Positions 27,594 through 39,228 are shown, numbered from the stretch's first letter. The stretch is 64,000 nt of DNA from Anaerolineae bacterium (GCA_963675785.1 OY776562.1:1696001-1760000); one strand, 5' to 3'. A program made the numbers and translations. Notes: generated from the letters alone by a model not told the origin.

Positions 27594-28805
27594 TTAGGGG
27601 CGCCAATCCTCAAAAGCCGGGAATGACTTGATAGTCTCCTCTGGCCAACCCAGCATACGGCATTTCATCCAGATATAGTAGCAATAGTCGTCCCACGCTA
27701 CCTCGGCGGGGCAGCGATGATCGATGTGTGGAATAAACCCACCGGCGGCCACAGTAGGCTCTAGCCGCTTGAGCTCATCCAGAATGGCCTTGCGTCCCTG
27801 ATGCAGCACAAACTTGTCGAATCCACCTCGAATGAGGATATCGCGGCCGTATTCTGCCTTGACCGCCACTGGATCGTTACCGGCGTTCACCTCAAAGGGA
27901 AACATACAGTTCAGGCCTACCTCCAGCCATAGCGGAATCAGCTTGAGTATATTGCCATCACAGTCCGTCCAAATGACATCCACGCCATGGCTGCGCAACA
28001 GATCCATCACTGGACGCATATGCGGCATGATACGTGTTTTGAAAAAGCGCGGGCTGAGGATAGGGCCGCTGTTAAAGCAAATGTCTTCCCAGCCAGAGGC
28101 AGCGTCGAACCAGCCAGCTTCCAGCACAGCTGGCAGATGGCGCAGGGTAAGATTGGCCATATGCTCGACCATCTCTTCCAACAAATTGGGGTCATCCACC
28201 GACAGGTAGGCCAGGTTCTCAAAGCCGATCCAATCGCGCAGCTTGCCAATATAGGAGCCATGTTCCACGCTCACGGGATTGGTGGTTGTGCGTGTAAAAG
28301 AAGCACGGCTTTCCAGCTCCTCTGGTGTGTAAAAGCGTCCCTCGTATTCGGGGTCGAGAAACTCGTCGCGAAAAGCCTCCCAGGTGGCCCTATCTTTGAT
28401 GGGGAATGACAGAAAATGCGGAATCGTGATAGTGCCCGATACTTTTTGTTCAACCAGCACGCCCAACCCATCACGATAGATATGCTTGTTCTCGCTGGAT
28501 TCGATCTCGACCGGCTCACGCTGCGGCATGGGCCCAATACGCGGATTCAATCCCTCAAACTGCTCGATGCCAAAATACTCTTCCACCAGGCGATTAGGAA
28601 TAGACCCATCAGGCTGGCGCATGGACTCGGGCAGATGCCCCTGGATCATCCATTCTTCTTTGAGCTCGTCCCAGTAGCCAAACTCCATGTTCGAAACATA
28701 GTCGACCTGCTGATAGTGCATTACCCGATTCCAGCGTTCACGCGAGGTGAGTGTGCCGCCGGGTAGGTCGTCGCCTTTTCTAATCTCCACCACAATCTCC
28801 TTCAT
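27594..28805 (-). CDS. Uroporphyrinogen decarboxylase/MtaA superfamily protein of unknown function
   Basis: LTSRER, WIGFEN, EDI.FNSGP.LSP, DCDGN, GGFDK, GGFIP..DH. Confidence 0.8.
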   Translation of the reverse strand: MKEIVVEIRKGDDLPGGTLTSRERWNRVMHYQQVDYVSNMEFGYWDELKEEWMIQGHLPESMRQPDGSIPNRLVEEYFGIEQFEGLNPRIGPMPQREPVEIESSENKHIYRDGLGVLVEQKVSGTITIPHFLSFPIKDRATWEAFRDEFLDPEYEGRFYTPEELESRASFTRTTTNPVSVEHGSYIGKLRDWIGFENLAYLSVDDPNLLEEMVEHMANLTLRHLPAVLEAGWFDAASGWEDICFNSGPILSPRFFKTRIMPHMRPVMDLLRSHGVDVIWTDCDGNILKLIPLWLEVGLNCMFPFEVNAGNDPVAVKAEYGRDILIRGGFDKFVLHQGRKAILDELKRLEPTVAAGGFIPHIDHRCPAEVAWDDYCYYIWMKCRMLGWPEETIKSFPAFEDWRP

Positions 28806-28875
28806 CAGATCGATTCCTCGTCATAATACCAAAATCTGCGCCGGTGTCTACCGGCATACCCCTCAAAAGCCCATC

Positions 28876-28903
28876 TTGACACATTAAACAGAGCGGATAT
28901 GAT
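28876..28903 (+). promoter_or_regulatory. Sigma70-type promoter of the Gld-like ABC operon
   Basis: TTGACA-16nt-TATGAT. Confidence 0.55.
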
Positions 28904-29019
28904 GAATTGTGATTTGTGAGTGCTTTTTATGTGAACCCCCACGAGCGTCCCGTCCACCCACAATGCCTTGGGTCGCTGTGTGGGTTTGTTTTGTTTAAAT
29001 TTCTGGAGGTGTCACAACG

Positions 29020-29948
<929 letters not shown>

Positions 29949-29952
<4 letters not shown>

Positions 29953-30665
29953 GGAATGTCTTTTTAATCATGAAGCGCGAACTTCAGGCTTATCTTGCTT
30001 CTCCTATGGCCTATATTGTCACAGCCGTGTTTTTGGCGGTGGTTGGCGGCATCGAGGGCGTGGTGCTCTACTATAGCCAGGAAGCCTCAATGTACTATGT
30101 GTTTGGCGATATTGTGACGGTGCTGTTCCTTGTGCTTACCACCCAGCTCATGAGCATGCGGTTGGTGTCTGAGGAAAAGCGCAGTGGCACCCTGGAACTG
30201 TTAATGACCACCCCCGTACCCGATTGGCAAATCATCCTGGGCAAATATCTGGCTTCGCTGGTTATGTTGCTCGCCATGTTGGTACTCAACCTCGGCTTTC
30301 CTTTGGTACTTACCAAACTGGGCAATCCGGATCTGAGCGTATTAGCCAGCGGCTACCTGGGCTTTTTCCTGTTGGGTGCCGCCCTGCTCGCTATCGGCCT
30401 CTTTGCCAGCTCGATTACGCGCAACCAGATCGTAGCCGCCATCGTGGGCCTAGGCATTGTACTCGTGCTCTGGATGGCTGGCGGTGTGAGCGATGTGTTT
30501 GGTGATACATTCGGCAGTGTGGTGGTTTATCTTGGGCCCTTTGACCACTATATCGATTTTGTCACAGGCATCATCTCTAGCAAGCACCTCGTTTACTATT
30601 TCTCTGTGATCATTTTCTTCCTGTTCGCTAGTACGCGTGTCGTCGAATCCCGGAGGTGGAAGTAA
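29949..30665 (+). CDS. ABC-2 type permease (GldF-like)
   Basis: SPMAY, SEEKRSGTLELL.T.P, NQIVAA. Confidence 0.9.
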
Positions 30666-30666
30666 C

Positions 30667-32184
30667 ATGAATACGCTCAAGCGTAACGCCACCTGGATCT
30701 CGTTGACCGGGCTGGCGCTCGTTGCCATCGGTCTGTTCTCCCGAGCTGTTATTGGCAGCTATACTCTATGGATGGAGATTCTACTGGGTGTGGGCGCCGT
30801 GCTCACCCTTTCGTACCTGCTGCTGGCGCCTCAAAACGTCCGCAAATGGTTTGGGGGGCGACAGGCCCGCTATGGCTCAAATTCTGCCTTGATGATGGTG
30901 GCCCTAGCTGCCATCCTGGTTATCGTCAATATACTGGCCAATGGCAGTGAAAAGCGCTGGGATGTTACTGAAGAAGGGCTTTATACACTCTCCCAAGAAA
31001 GCAAAGACGTCATTGCCCTGCTGGATGAGCCAGTAGACATCAAACTGTTTTACACCTCGTCGAACTATTCACTCAGCGAGGTTGAAAACCTGATGACCCA
31101 ATATGCTGCCGAATCGGACATGATCTCTTACGAGTTCATCGACCCCGATACGGATCGCACGGCCGCTCTCGCCTATGGCATCGATACCGACGGTACTACT
31201 ATCTTTATTCGTGGTGACCGCCAGGAGACCACCTATGGCACCGATGAGAGCGATCTGACCAGCACCCTGCTCAAAGTGACTCGGGATGAGGCAACAAAAG
31301 TCTACTTTATCACCGGTAACGGTGAGCGAAATATCGACGCCTATGACACCTACGGCCTGGACACTATCGTTGGTGAACTGGAAGCCCAGTTCTACGAAGT
31401 TTCCACCATCAATCTATCCATCGAGGCCATCCCCTCCGACGCCGACCTGGTCATTGTAGCGGATCCAACCGAGCCCTATGACGATCAGGAAATGCAGTAT
31501 CTGCGTGATTACCTTAGCGCTGGCGGCGGTATGATGATCATGCTTGAACCCGGCGAACAAACCGCCTTTGAAGAGCTGCTGGCTGAATATGGCGTACTGA
31601 CGCCCGATACCCTCGTGGTAGACGTTGCCAATGGTTTTTACGGCGATGTGGCCACACCCATCGTCGATACCTATGAATATCATCAAATCACCAACGACCT
31701 CACCGGTATGAGCAGCGTGTTCAGCACCGTGCGCGCTCTGGAAATTGACCAAACGGTCGAGGACTGGAACGTAACAATGTTGGTCAGCTCCAGCGACTAT
31801 TCCTGGGCTGAGGTGGACTATACCGCCGACCAGGTCGAGCAAAATGATACCGAGATCGCCGGCCCGGTGGGTATGATGGCCGCTGTCTCAGCGGATAGCA
31901 GCTCGGATGCAGAAGCGCGGCTCGTTGTTGTAGGCGATGCGGACTTTTGCAGTAATACCGTGCTCTATTCGATCACTGGCTCTGCCAATACAGAGCTGTT
32001 CCTAAATGCCGCTGCCTGGCTCACCCAGGACGACGCACTGCTCTCCATCAGCCCCACCGTAGCCGAAGACCGCACGGTGACGCTGTCATCCAGCCAATCT
32101 CGTATGATTATGTACAGCAACATCATCTTTGTACCGCTGATCGTCCTTTTGGCCGGGGTGTATGTGTGGTGGAGGAGGCGTTAG
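30667..32184 (+). CDS. GldG family ABC auxiliary protein
   Basis: RWDVTE..LYTLS.ES, FIDPD, YFITGNGE, VVVGDADF, N.ELF.N..AWL, C-terminal TM ending WWRRR. Confidence 0.88.
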   Translation: MNTLKRNATWISLTGLALVAIGLFSRAVIGSYTLWMEILLGVGAVLTLSYLLLAPQNVRKWFGGRQARYGSNSALMMVALAAILVIVNILANGSEKRWDVTEEGLYTLSQESKDVIALLDEPVDIKLFYTSSNYSLSEVENLMTQYAAESDMISYEFIDPDTDRTAALAYGIDTDGTTIFIRGDRQETTYGTDESDLTSTLLKVTRDEATKVYFITGNGERNIDAYDTYGLDTIVGELEAQFYEVSTINLSIEAIPSDADLVIVADPTEPYDDQEMQYLRDYLSAGGGMMIMLEPGEQTAFEELLAEYGVLTPDTLVVDVANGFYGDVATPIVDTYEYHQITNDLTGMSSVFSTVRALEIDQTVEDWNVTMLVSSSDYSWAEVDYTADQVEQNDTEIAGPVGMMAAVSADSSSDAEARLVVVGDADFCSNTVLYSITGSANTELFLNAAAWLTQDDALLSISPTVAEDRTVTLSSSQSRMIMYSNIIFVPLIVLLAGVYVWWRRR

Positions 32185-32185
32185 C

Positions 32186-32797
32186 ATGAACCGCAAAACA
32201 ACCTATGTTTTGCTGGCAGTGCTGCTGGTGCTGGCCGCCTACATGCTGATTTTTGACCAGAACAACACTGAAGAGGAGGAGACCAGCACAACCCCTACGG
32301 CTGTGCCTCTCGACCCACTGTTGACCCTGGATACCAGTACCGTGACGGCAATCGAACTCGTCCAGGTAGAAACCGGCGAAACTGTGCAAGTCACGCTTGG
32401 CGACGACGGCGTCTGGATGCTGGAAGGCGATGAGGGTGGCGAGGCCGATACCGATGACATCGATACCTTAATGTACACTGTTGGCGATCTGGTGCCCGAT
32501 ACCGAGATTGGCACTGGTGCTTTAGCAGCCGACTATGGCCTGGATCCGGCAACCTACACCTTGACACTGACCACACCTGATGGTGACATCGTATTGCTTG
32601 TTGGTCCCGATACCATCTCGTACTCGGGCAACTATGCCATGGTTGAAGGTGAGGATCGCATCGTCATTATCTCTTCAACCGATGAGTACTATTTGACGAG
32701 TTGGATATCCTCTCCGCCGCTGGCGCCAACGCCAACACCCGAACCAACGGCAACACCCGAAACAACAGACGAGCCTACAGCAACACCTGCCTCCTAA
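32186..32797 (+). CDS. DUF4340-like membrane-anchored extracytoplasmic protein
   Basis: N-terminal TM, YGLDP motif, Pro/Thr tail; usual fourth gene of Gld-like operons. Confidence 0.7.
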   Translation: MNRKTTYVLLAVLLVLAAYMLIFDQNNTEEEETSTTPTAVPLDPLLTLDTSTVTAIELVQVETGETVQVTLGDDGVWMLEGDEGGEADTDDIDTLMYTVGDLVPDTEIGTGALAADYGLDPATYTLTLTTPDGDIVLLVGPDTISYSGNYAMVEGEDRIVIISSTDEYYLTSWISSPPLAPTPTPEPTATPETTDEPTATPAS

Positions 32798-32814
32798 AGA
32801 AGGGAGAGCAAATG

Positions 32815-32849
32815 AAAAAAGGGGACTACCCAGAAGGTAGTCCCCTTTT
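32815..32849. terminator. Bidirectional terminator
   Basis: aaaaaaggggactacc-cagaa-ggtagtcccctttt. Confidence 0.85.
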
Positions 32850-32862
32850 GTGTGCGTAACGC

Positions 32863-33243
32863 CTATTCGGTAGCAGCCTTATAAGCCCGCACAATAAAGG
32901 GCATATAGCTCAACATGCTCTCAGCTGTATACTCGCTGCCGCGTAAATTGATGGCTCCCGCCATATAAGCAGACTCGCCATTCAGTTTTCCAGAAAGCAG
33001 TTTGTCAATGGTAGAAGCCTTGGCTACTACGCTAAAAGAGGTCTTGTCCTCAGGCTCGACCTTGCCAGTAAATACGCCCTTTTCCAAAAATACCCCGTAC
33101 CGAGCACCTATATCCGACGCTTCGAGGAGCATCGAGATCGACGCTCGCTCAATACGCTTGAGAAATTGTTCGTCACCGCTCAATTTCTCCGAAAGCGCAT
33201 CAAGCACTTTGTACATATCCTCTTTGGTTGTAAACTCGGCCAC
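32863..33243 (-). CDS. SCP2 sterol-binding domain protein
   Basis: LLSGKLNGESAYMAGAI.L.G signature; AAGGAGG RBS before the GTG at 33243. Confidence 0.7.
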   Translation of the reverse strand: MAEFTTKEDMYKVLDALSEKLSGDEQFLKRIERASISMLLEASDIGARYGVFLEKGVFTGKVEPEDKTSFSVVAKASTIDKLLSGKLNGESAYMAGAINLRGSEYTAESMLSYMPFIVRAYKAATE

Positions 33244-33454
33244 GCTGCATCCTCCTTGATACATACTTTTCCACATTATACAGATTGAAAGATACAACAC
33301 AAGCAAACCAGCACCACCGCAGATAATTAGAAACAAACGCAACGCGATATCTTAATTTCTGCACTAACAAGAGTGATTAGCGCACTCTCACGCTGGACAA
33401 GCGCAAGCCGAGCCGTACAATGCCGTTGATGTTCTGTCAGAAGGGAGAAAATCC

Positions 33455-35335
33455 ATGTTGCAAGAACGATATCCCATCGATAGGCTGCGTTCAGTTCTCA
33501 AGCCGCGCCAGGGTTGGCACCCATTCCCTATCGCCACAAACCGCGAGTCCTGGAAGGCTTTGACCCAATATCCGCTCAATCAGGCGCGCAAGGCCCGTTT
33601 CATCGGCCAGGCAGAGCTCTACCTGGGGCAGCCCTGGTCGCCCCTTTCGGCCGTGCGCTATATGGACTATGGACGTAACGGCAACCGTACCCGCTATCAG
33701 GAATTCTACTTTGAGCGACGCGACCGTCTATCCATACTAGTTCTGGCAGAGTGTTTTGAACACAAAGGCCGCTTTATTGATGAGATCATCAACGGCCTGT
33801 GGCTCATCTGTGAAGAGACCACCTGGGTCATCCCCGCCCACTCTATCAAAGCATCCTGCGAGGTGCTGCCTATCCTAGATGGCCAAACCGTCGATCTCTT
33901 TGCCAGCCAAACGGCGCTGGTGCTTGCCCTGGTCTATGACTTGCTACAGGACGAGCTCGACGCCGTATCGCCCGTGGTGGGTCAGCGCATCCGTCAACAA
34001 ATCGATACCCAGGTGCTGGAACCCGTCGAAGAACGTATTGTTGCCAAATGGTGGGATGGCCATAACAACTGGACGCCATGGATCTGCTCCAATTGCCTGG
34101 GTGCCGCCATGCTCACCTGGGACGACCCTGACCGCGTGGCCCGCTACGTGCACCGTCTCATGGAGCCGGTGGACAATTTCCTTAATGATTATGCGGATGA
34201 AGGCGGCTGCGACGAGGGGCCCAGCTATTGGAGTCGCGCCGCTGGCACGCTGCTGATCTTTTTAGATCTGCTCTACGACCGCAGCGACGGCCAAATCGAC
34301 GTCTATGATGAGCAAAAAATAAAGGCCATGGGCGAATACTTTGCCTATGCTCACCTGGATGGCCCCTGGTTCACCAACTATGCCGATGCCCCAGCCAACT
34401 GCCGGGTTCAGCGTGGCGTCACCTATCGCTACGGCGAGCGTGTTGGCAGCGATATGATGCGCGATACCGTGCTGATGCAAATGCACAACTGGCAGGCCGA
34501 TGGCGAAATCGAAGAACTGCACGGAGAGTTACGCGGCGATGGCATACTGCAGATGCTGGCCGAGATGTTTTGGATTCCTGGCGACGCCAAGCCCTTCAAC
34601 CTACCGCGCCCGCTCGAGGCCTGGTATCCCGATATCCAGATGGCGGTGGTACGTAGCTCGGATGTTGCTGATAACGGCCTGGTAATGGCGATCAAGGGAA
34701 ACCACAACGGAGAAAGCCACAACCACAACGATGTGGGCCATTTTGTGGTGATGCTGAACGGTGAACCGGGCATCATCGACCTGGGTACCGAGGATTACAC
34801 CGCTCAGACCTTTGGCCCGCGCCGCTATGAGCTGTGGTGCACCCGTGCCAACGGCCACAACATGCCTGTGTTTGACGGCATCGAACAGACAGCAGGCGAA
34901 AAATACGCCGCAAAGAACGTTTCTTTCATGGATGACGGCGCTCTGGCTACATTCCGGGCCGATATCGCTGGCGCTTATCCCGCCGAAACCGGCCTGACCA
35001 GTCTGGTACGTACGGCCACCTTTGACCGCAATGCCGTTTCTGCCGTCATCGAGGATGTCATCGTGCGCGGTAAACCTACCAAAGTTCTGGAACTCTATCT
35101 TTATAGCTGGAAGGAGCCACGTCAGATCGGCCCGGGCTGTATCAGCATCGCTACAGCGCCGCAAGAGCTGGGACTGGGTTTTGACAGCAGCCTTTTCACC
35201 GCCGAGATCAAGGAAATGCCCGTTACTGACCACAAGCTGGGTCTAGCCTGGGGAGATCGTGTCTACCGCATCAAGTTGACCGCCTCCTTGCCAGCCTGCG
35301 AGACCGCTTACAATCTCACCTTTACCCCGCGATAG
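33455..35335 (+). CDS. Heparinase II/III-like oligosaccharide lyase (paralog 1)
   Basis: GNRTRY, ICEETTW..PAH, HNNWTPW, GGCDEGPSYW, GESHNHNDVG; no signal peptide seen. Confidence 0.85.
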   Translation: MLQERYPIDRLRSVLKPRQGWHPFPIATNRESWKALTQYPLNQARKARFIGQAELYLGQPWSPLSAVRYMDYGRNGNRTRYQEFYFERRDRLSILVLAECFEHKGRFIDEIINGLWLICEETTWVIPAHSIKASCEVLPILDGQTVDLFASQTALVLALVYDLLQDELDAVSPVVGQRIRQQIDTQVLEPVEERIVAKWWDGHNNWTPWICSNCLGAAMLTWDDPDRVARYVHRLMEPVDNFLNDYADEGGCDEGPSYWSRAAGTLLIFLDLLYDRSDGQIDVYDEQKIKAMGEYFAYAHLDGPWFTNYADAPANCRVQRGVTYRYGERVGSDMMRDTVLMQMHNWQADGEIEELHGELRGDGILQMLAEMFWIPGDAKPFNLPRPLEAWYPDIQMAVVRSSDVADNGLVMAIKGNHNGESHNHNDVGHFVVMLNGEPGIIDLGTEDYTAQTFGPRRYELWCTRANGHNMPVFDGIEQTAGEKYAAKNVSFMDDGALATFRADIAGAYPAETGLTSLVRTATFDRNAVSAVIEDVIVRGKPTKVLELYLYSWKEPRQIGPGCISIATAPQELGLGFDSSLFTAEIKEMPVTDHKLGLAWGDRVYRIKLTASLPACETAYNLTFTPR

Positions 35336-35350
35336 CTAGAGGAGTGCGTC

Positions 35351-37303
35351 ATGCTGCAAGAAAAATACACCGTACAGGATCTGCGCAAGGTTTTTGTGCC
35401 GCGTGAAACGTGGGACTATGTGCCCACAGCCGCTGCTCGCGAAGCCTGGGCCGAACTGAGCAGGTCTACGCTCAATCAATGCCGTAAGGCCTATTTAGTT
35501 GCTCGCGCCGAAGCTCTGGTAGGCCAGCCTTGGCCCTTTTTGCCGGCCACAGCCTATATGGATTTTGGGCGTAACGGCAACCGTACCCGCTACGAAAACC
35601 CCTACCACGAGCGCCGAGAGCGGCTCTCCATCCTGGCCTTGGCCGAATGCTGGGAACACAAGGGACGATTTATTGACGAGATCGTCAACGGCATCTGGAC
35701 CATCTGCGAGGAAACCACCTGGGTGGTGCCGGCGCATTCGGCCAAGGGGCCCAAGGGCGTCTTAGCCCGGCTTGAAATGCCCCTTGTCGATCTCTTTTCC
35801 ACGCAAACGGCGCTGGTGTTGGGGCATGTAGATTACCTGTTAGGGCCCGAGTTGGATGCTGTATCGCCCATTGTGCGCCAGCGACTGCGTCAGCAGGTCG
35901 AAGAACAGGTATTGACTGAAATCGAAACGCGCAACGATTTTTGGTGGTGGGATGGCCACAACAACTGGACGCCATGGTGCAGCGGCAACTGTCTGGGCGC
36001 AGCCATGTGTCTGTGGGATGATCCCGACAGGCTGGCTGCTCTGACCCATCGCCTTATGGAGCCAGTAGATCGTTTTCTGGCCCAATACGGCGTCGATGGC
36101 GGGTGTGATGAGGGCCCCAACTATTGGGGACGTGCTGGCGGTGCCCTTCTCGATTTTCTCGAACTACTCTACACCCGCTCCAACGGCGCCGTTAGCGTTT
36201 ACGATGAGCCCAAGATTGCTAACATGGGCATCTATCTGGCGCGGGCACACATGGACGGCCCCTGGTTCACCAACTTTGCCGATGCGCCAGCCAAATCCCA
36301 TGTGCGACTGGCCCAGGTCTACCGCTATGGCGAGCGGGTTGGCAGCGAGGAGTTGAGCAACCTGGCACTGCTGGCCATGCGCAGTTGGTATCCCGATGGA
36401 GAGATCGACCATCCGCTGCCCGACCTGGGCGGCGACAGCATCGTGGATGTGATGCGCCTGCTCTGCTGGGTGCCCGCCGATGCCAGAGCCCGCGCTCTGC
36501 CCCGCCCCACCAGCAGTTGGTTCGAAAGCATTCAGGTGGCTATCCTGCGCCAAAGCGAGCGTAACAGCGAGGGTCTGGTTCTAGCGGCCAAAGGTGGCAA
36601 CAACGGCGAAAGCCACAACCATAACGATATCGGCCACTTTATGCTCATGTGCGACGGAGAGCCGGCCATCATCGATGTGGGTGTAGAAACCTATACAGCG
36701 CAAACCTTTAGTCCCCGGCGTTACGAACTGTGGTGCATTCGCTCATCGGGGCATAACGTCCCCTTGATCGACGGTATCGAACAGGGGCTGAATGCCGAAC
36801 AGCTTCGTGATCCTGCACGATTAGGCACAGGCATGCACTTTGACGACATTGTGCTAGCGCCAGCCAGCAGCTACTGCGCTACGGACTATAGCTTTGAGGA
36901 TAACGGCACCACGGCCATCTTCACCGAGAACATTGCCACAGCCTATCCGGCAGAAATAGAACTGGAGAGCCTCATCCGCACCTTCCGATTTGATCGCGCC
37001 AAGGGCCAGGTCACTGTTACCGATGCTTTGAATCGCAAGGTGCCCACCGCCAGTTACATCCTGCCATTCTACACGCTGTATCACGTCAACCGTCCTGCTC
37101 CGGGCAGGCTGGTTATCGAATTACCCGACCGTAAGCTGGCCTGGGATTACGACCCCGCACTGTTTATCACCGAAACGGTGTCAGTAGACATCGAGGATCC
37201 CAACCTGCAGCGCTCCTGGGGATCGCGTATTTTCAAAACCACCTTCAAGGCCGTGCTGCCCGCAGGCCATATCGAGTACACACTTTCGTTTAGCAGGATC
37301 TAG
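35351..37303 (+). CDS. Heparinase II/III-like oligosaccharide lyase (paralog 2)
   Basis: Same motifs as paralog 1 (HNNWTPW, GGCDEGPNYW, GESHNHNDIG). Confidence 0.85.
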   Translation: MLQEKYTVQDLRKVFVPRETWDYVPTAAAREAWAELSRSTLNQCRKAYLVARAEALVGQPWPFLPATAYMDFGRNGNRTRYENPYHERRERLSILALAECWEHKGRFIDEIVNGIWTICEETTWVVPAHSAKGPKGVLARLEMPLVDLFSTQTALVLGHVDYLLGPELDAVSPIVRQRLRQQVEEQVLTEIETRNDFWWWDGHNNWTPWCSGNCLGAAMCLWDDPDRLAALTHRLMEPVDRFLAQYGVDGGCDEGPNYWGRAGGALLDFLELLYTRSNGAVSVYDEPKIANMGIYLARAHMDGPWFTNFADAPAKSHVRLAQVYRYGERVGSEELSNLALLAMRSWYPDGEIDHPLPDLGGDSIVDVMRLLCWVPADARARALPRPTSSWFESIQVAILRQSERNSEGLVLAAKGGNNGESHNHNDIGHFMLMCDGEPAIIDVGVETYTAQTFSPRRYELWCIRSSGHNVPLIDGIEQGLNAEQLRDPARLGTGMHFDDIVLAPASSYCATDYSFEDNGTTAIFTENIATAYPAEIELESLIRTFRFDRAKGQVTVTDALNRKVPTASYILPFYTLYHVNRPAPGRLVIELPDRKLAWDYDPALFITETVSVDIEDPNLQRSWGSRIFKTTFKAVLPAGHIEYTLSFSRI

Positions 37304-37308
37304 TATCT

Positions 37309-37342
37309 AGTGGCCGCCATCTTACGATGGCGGCCACTTTTC
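37309..37342 (+). terminator. Rho-independent terminator
   Basis: agtggccgccatc-ttac-gatggcggccact followed by ttt. Confidence 0.8.
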
Positions 37343-37467
37343 ACAAGGATACGAGAGAACAGATGCCGTGTTCTCATATCAACAAATGCATCCGATTTTG
37401 CCATCCTCAGCCAAGCTCTAATCATCTGCAACGCAGTCGCCAAACAGAATCGAGTGAAAGGGTACCC

Positions 37468-39228
37468 ATGACGCAATACCTGGATTACAACGCTCGTATG
37501 GCCATCCCCGACAAGCTTTTCACACCCCTGCACGGTGTGCACCTCACAGGCGGTCTGCTGCGGCAAGTCTTTGATGATAACATCGCCTTTATCCAGCGAT
37601 TGGATATGGACCGCATGCGCTACTGGTTCGACATCAAGCAGGGCCGAGAGCCTCAAGCCGAACGTTATCCCGGCCACTTTGAGGATAATCTCAAGGGACA
37701 GACTGCCTCCCAATACCTTATGGGTGCTGGCAATGTGTTACGTTGGGAAGAACATCAAACCTTGCGAGATGGCGTAACCCAGGTCATCGATTTTATCACC
37801 GAGGCAGCCGAGAACGACGGCTTTCTCATGCCGGTGGACAAATTCCACTTTGCCTATCGCGAATACCCCCATTATGTGCGCATCTGGCTCACTTACGGCC
37901 TCATCGCGGCAGCTCGCGGCGGTGACAAACGTGCTTTTCCACTGCTGCGCCGCTGGCAGGATTGGTTCAATCGTTGCCCCGATCTGCCGGTCATCAAATA
38001 CCTGGAGTTGGCCTTTCAGGGCGTGGTTGCATCTACCAGTGTGTTTGCCACCGAGATCGGCTGCAATCAGGATATGGATATCTGCCGCCAGTATTACGAA
38101 GAAACCTGGCGCCTGGCCCAATTCATCGCCCACGAGAGGGACGCTGTGCATATCCGCCATCAACACGGCAAAGAACCCCATTCCCACGGCAGCGAGCTAG
38201 AAGCCTTTGAAGGCTATCTCGATTTGTATCGCTACAGCGGCGCGCCTTATATCCTCAACGCGGTGATGGGCTGCTGGGATCTGTACAAGCAAGACTGGCA
38301 GCACCCTGGTGGCGGTATTGTCATGTGCGAGGCTTCACCCGAGGCCTATCCGGGCTGCAACCTATTCTACACGAGCCATCACTATAATGAGCTGTGCTGT
38401 TCATCCTTTTGGCTGCATATGAACCAACGGCTGCATCGGCTCTTCCCCGATGAGGAAAAGTACGTCTTTGAGGTGGAACAATCGCTCTATAACGTCGCCA
38501 TTGCCAACCAGAACGGCGGCAAGGATATTCGCTACTTTGCCTACCTGGACGATCATAAAATGACGCCGGAACGTCTTAACCATTGTTGCTCTGGCGTGGG
38601 CACGCGCATCTTTGGTTCGTTACCCGAATATCTGTTCACGTTGAACGGAGATACACTCTCTTGCGATTTGTACGGGCAGGCCGAACTGGATTGGGAGAGC
38701 ACGCATCAGCTCATCCACGTGACCGAAACCAGCGATTATCCCTATGATGGTCGTGTATCCGTTGCTTTCACCATGGCCAGTCCACAAGAGTTCACGTTAC
38801 GTATTCGCATTCCCCAATACGCCACCACAAAAGTACAGATCCTGCTGAACGGGCAATCTTTGGCTGAAGGTGACCCAGGGAGCTATGTGGCCCTCTATCG
38901 GCAATGGCAGCCCGGCGATATCATCACTCTTGATATTCCCATGCAGTTCGCGGCTCACCCTTACAATGGCGCCTGCGAGGTTGAAGGATTTGAACGTTGT
39001 GCCTATACCTATGGGCCGCTGCTGATGGCTATAGTAGGCGAGCGCAATCACGAGTTGGGCATTATTGTGGAGGGCAACGCGGAAGAATTCATCAGCAAGC
39101 TGCGCCCCACCAATCAGCCCCTGCATTACAGTGTAGAGGGCCAGCCCGACCTGGCTGTCGTCCCTTATTTAGAAATCCAAGAAGAGGGCTTTAGCTGCTT
39201 TCCCATGTTCTCAAACAAACAGGGATAA
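37468..39228 (+). CDS. GH127/GH146-like beta-L-arabinofuranosidase domain protein
   Basis: YNELCC, EQSLYN, HCCSGVG, YPYDG, LRIRIP, YGPLL. Confidence 0.82.
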   Translation: MTQYLDYNARMAIPDKLFTPLHGVHLTGGLLRQVFDDNIAFIQRLDMDRMRYWFDIKQGREPQAERYPGHFEDNLKGQTASQYLMGAGNVLRWEEHQTLRDGVTQVIDFITEAAENDGFLMPVDKFHFAYREYPHYVRIWLTYGLIAAARGGDKRAFPLLRRWQDWFNRCPDLPVIKYLELAFQGVVASTSVFATEIGCNQDMDICRQYYEETWRLAQFIAHERDAVHIRHQHGKEPHSHGSELEAFEGYLDLYRYSGAPYILNAVMGCWDLYKQDWQHPGGGIVMCEASPEAYPGCNLFYTSHHYNELCCSSFWLHMNQRLHRLFPDEEKYVFEVEQSLYNVAIANQNGGKDIRYFAYLDDHKMTPERLNHCCSGVGTRIFGSLPEYLFTLNGDTLSCDLYGQAELDWESTHQLIHVTETSDYPYDGRVSVAFTMASPQEFTLRIRIPQYATTKVQILLNGQSLAEGDPGSYVALYRQWQPGDIITLDIPMQFAAHPYNGACEVEGFERCAYTYGPLLMAIVGERNHELGIIVEGNAEEFISKLRPTNQPLHYSVEGQPDLAVVPYLEIQEEGFSCFPMFSNKQG

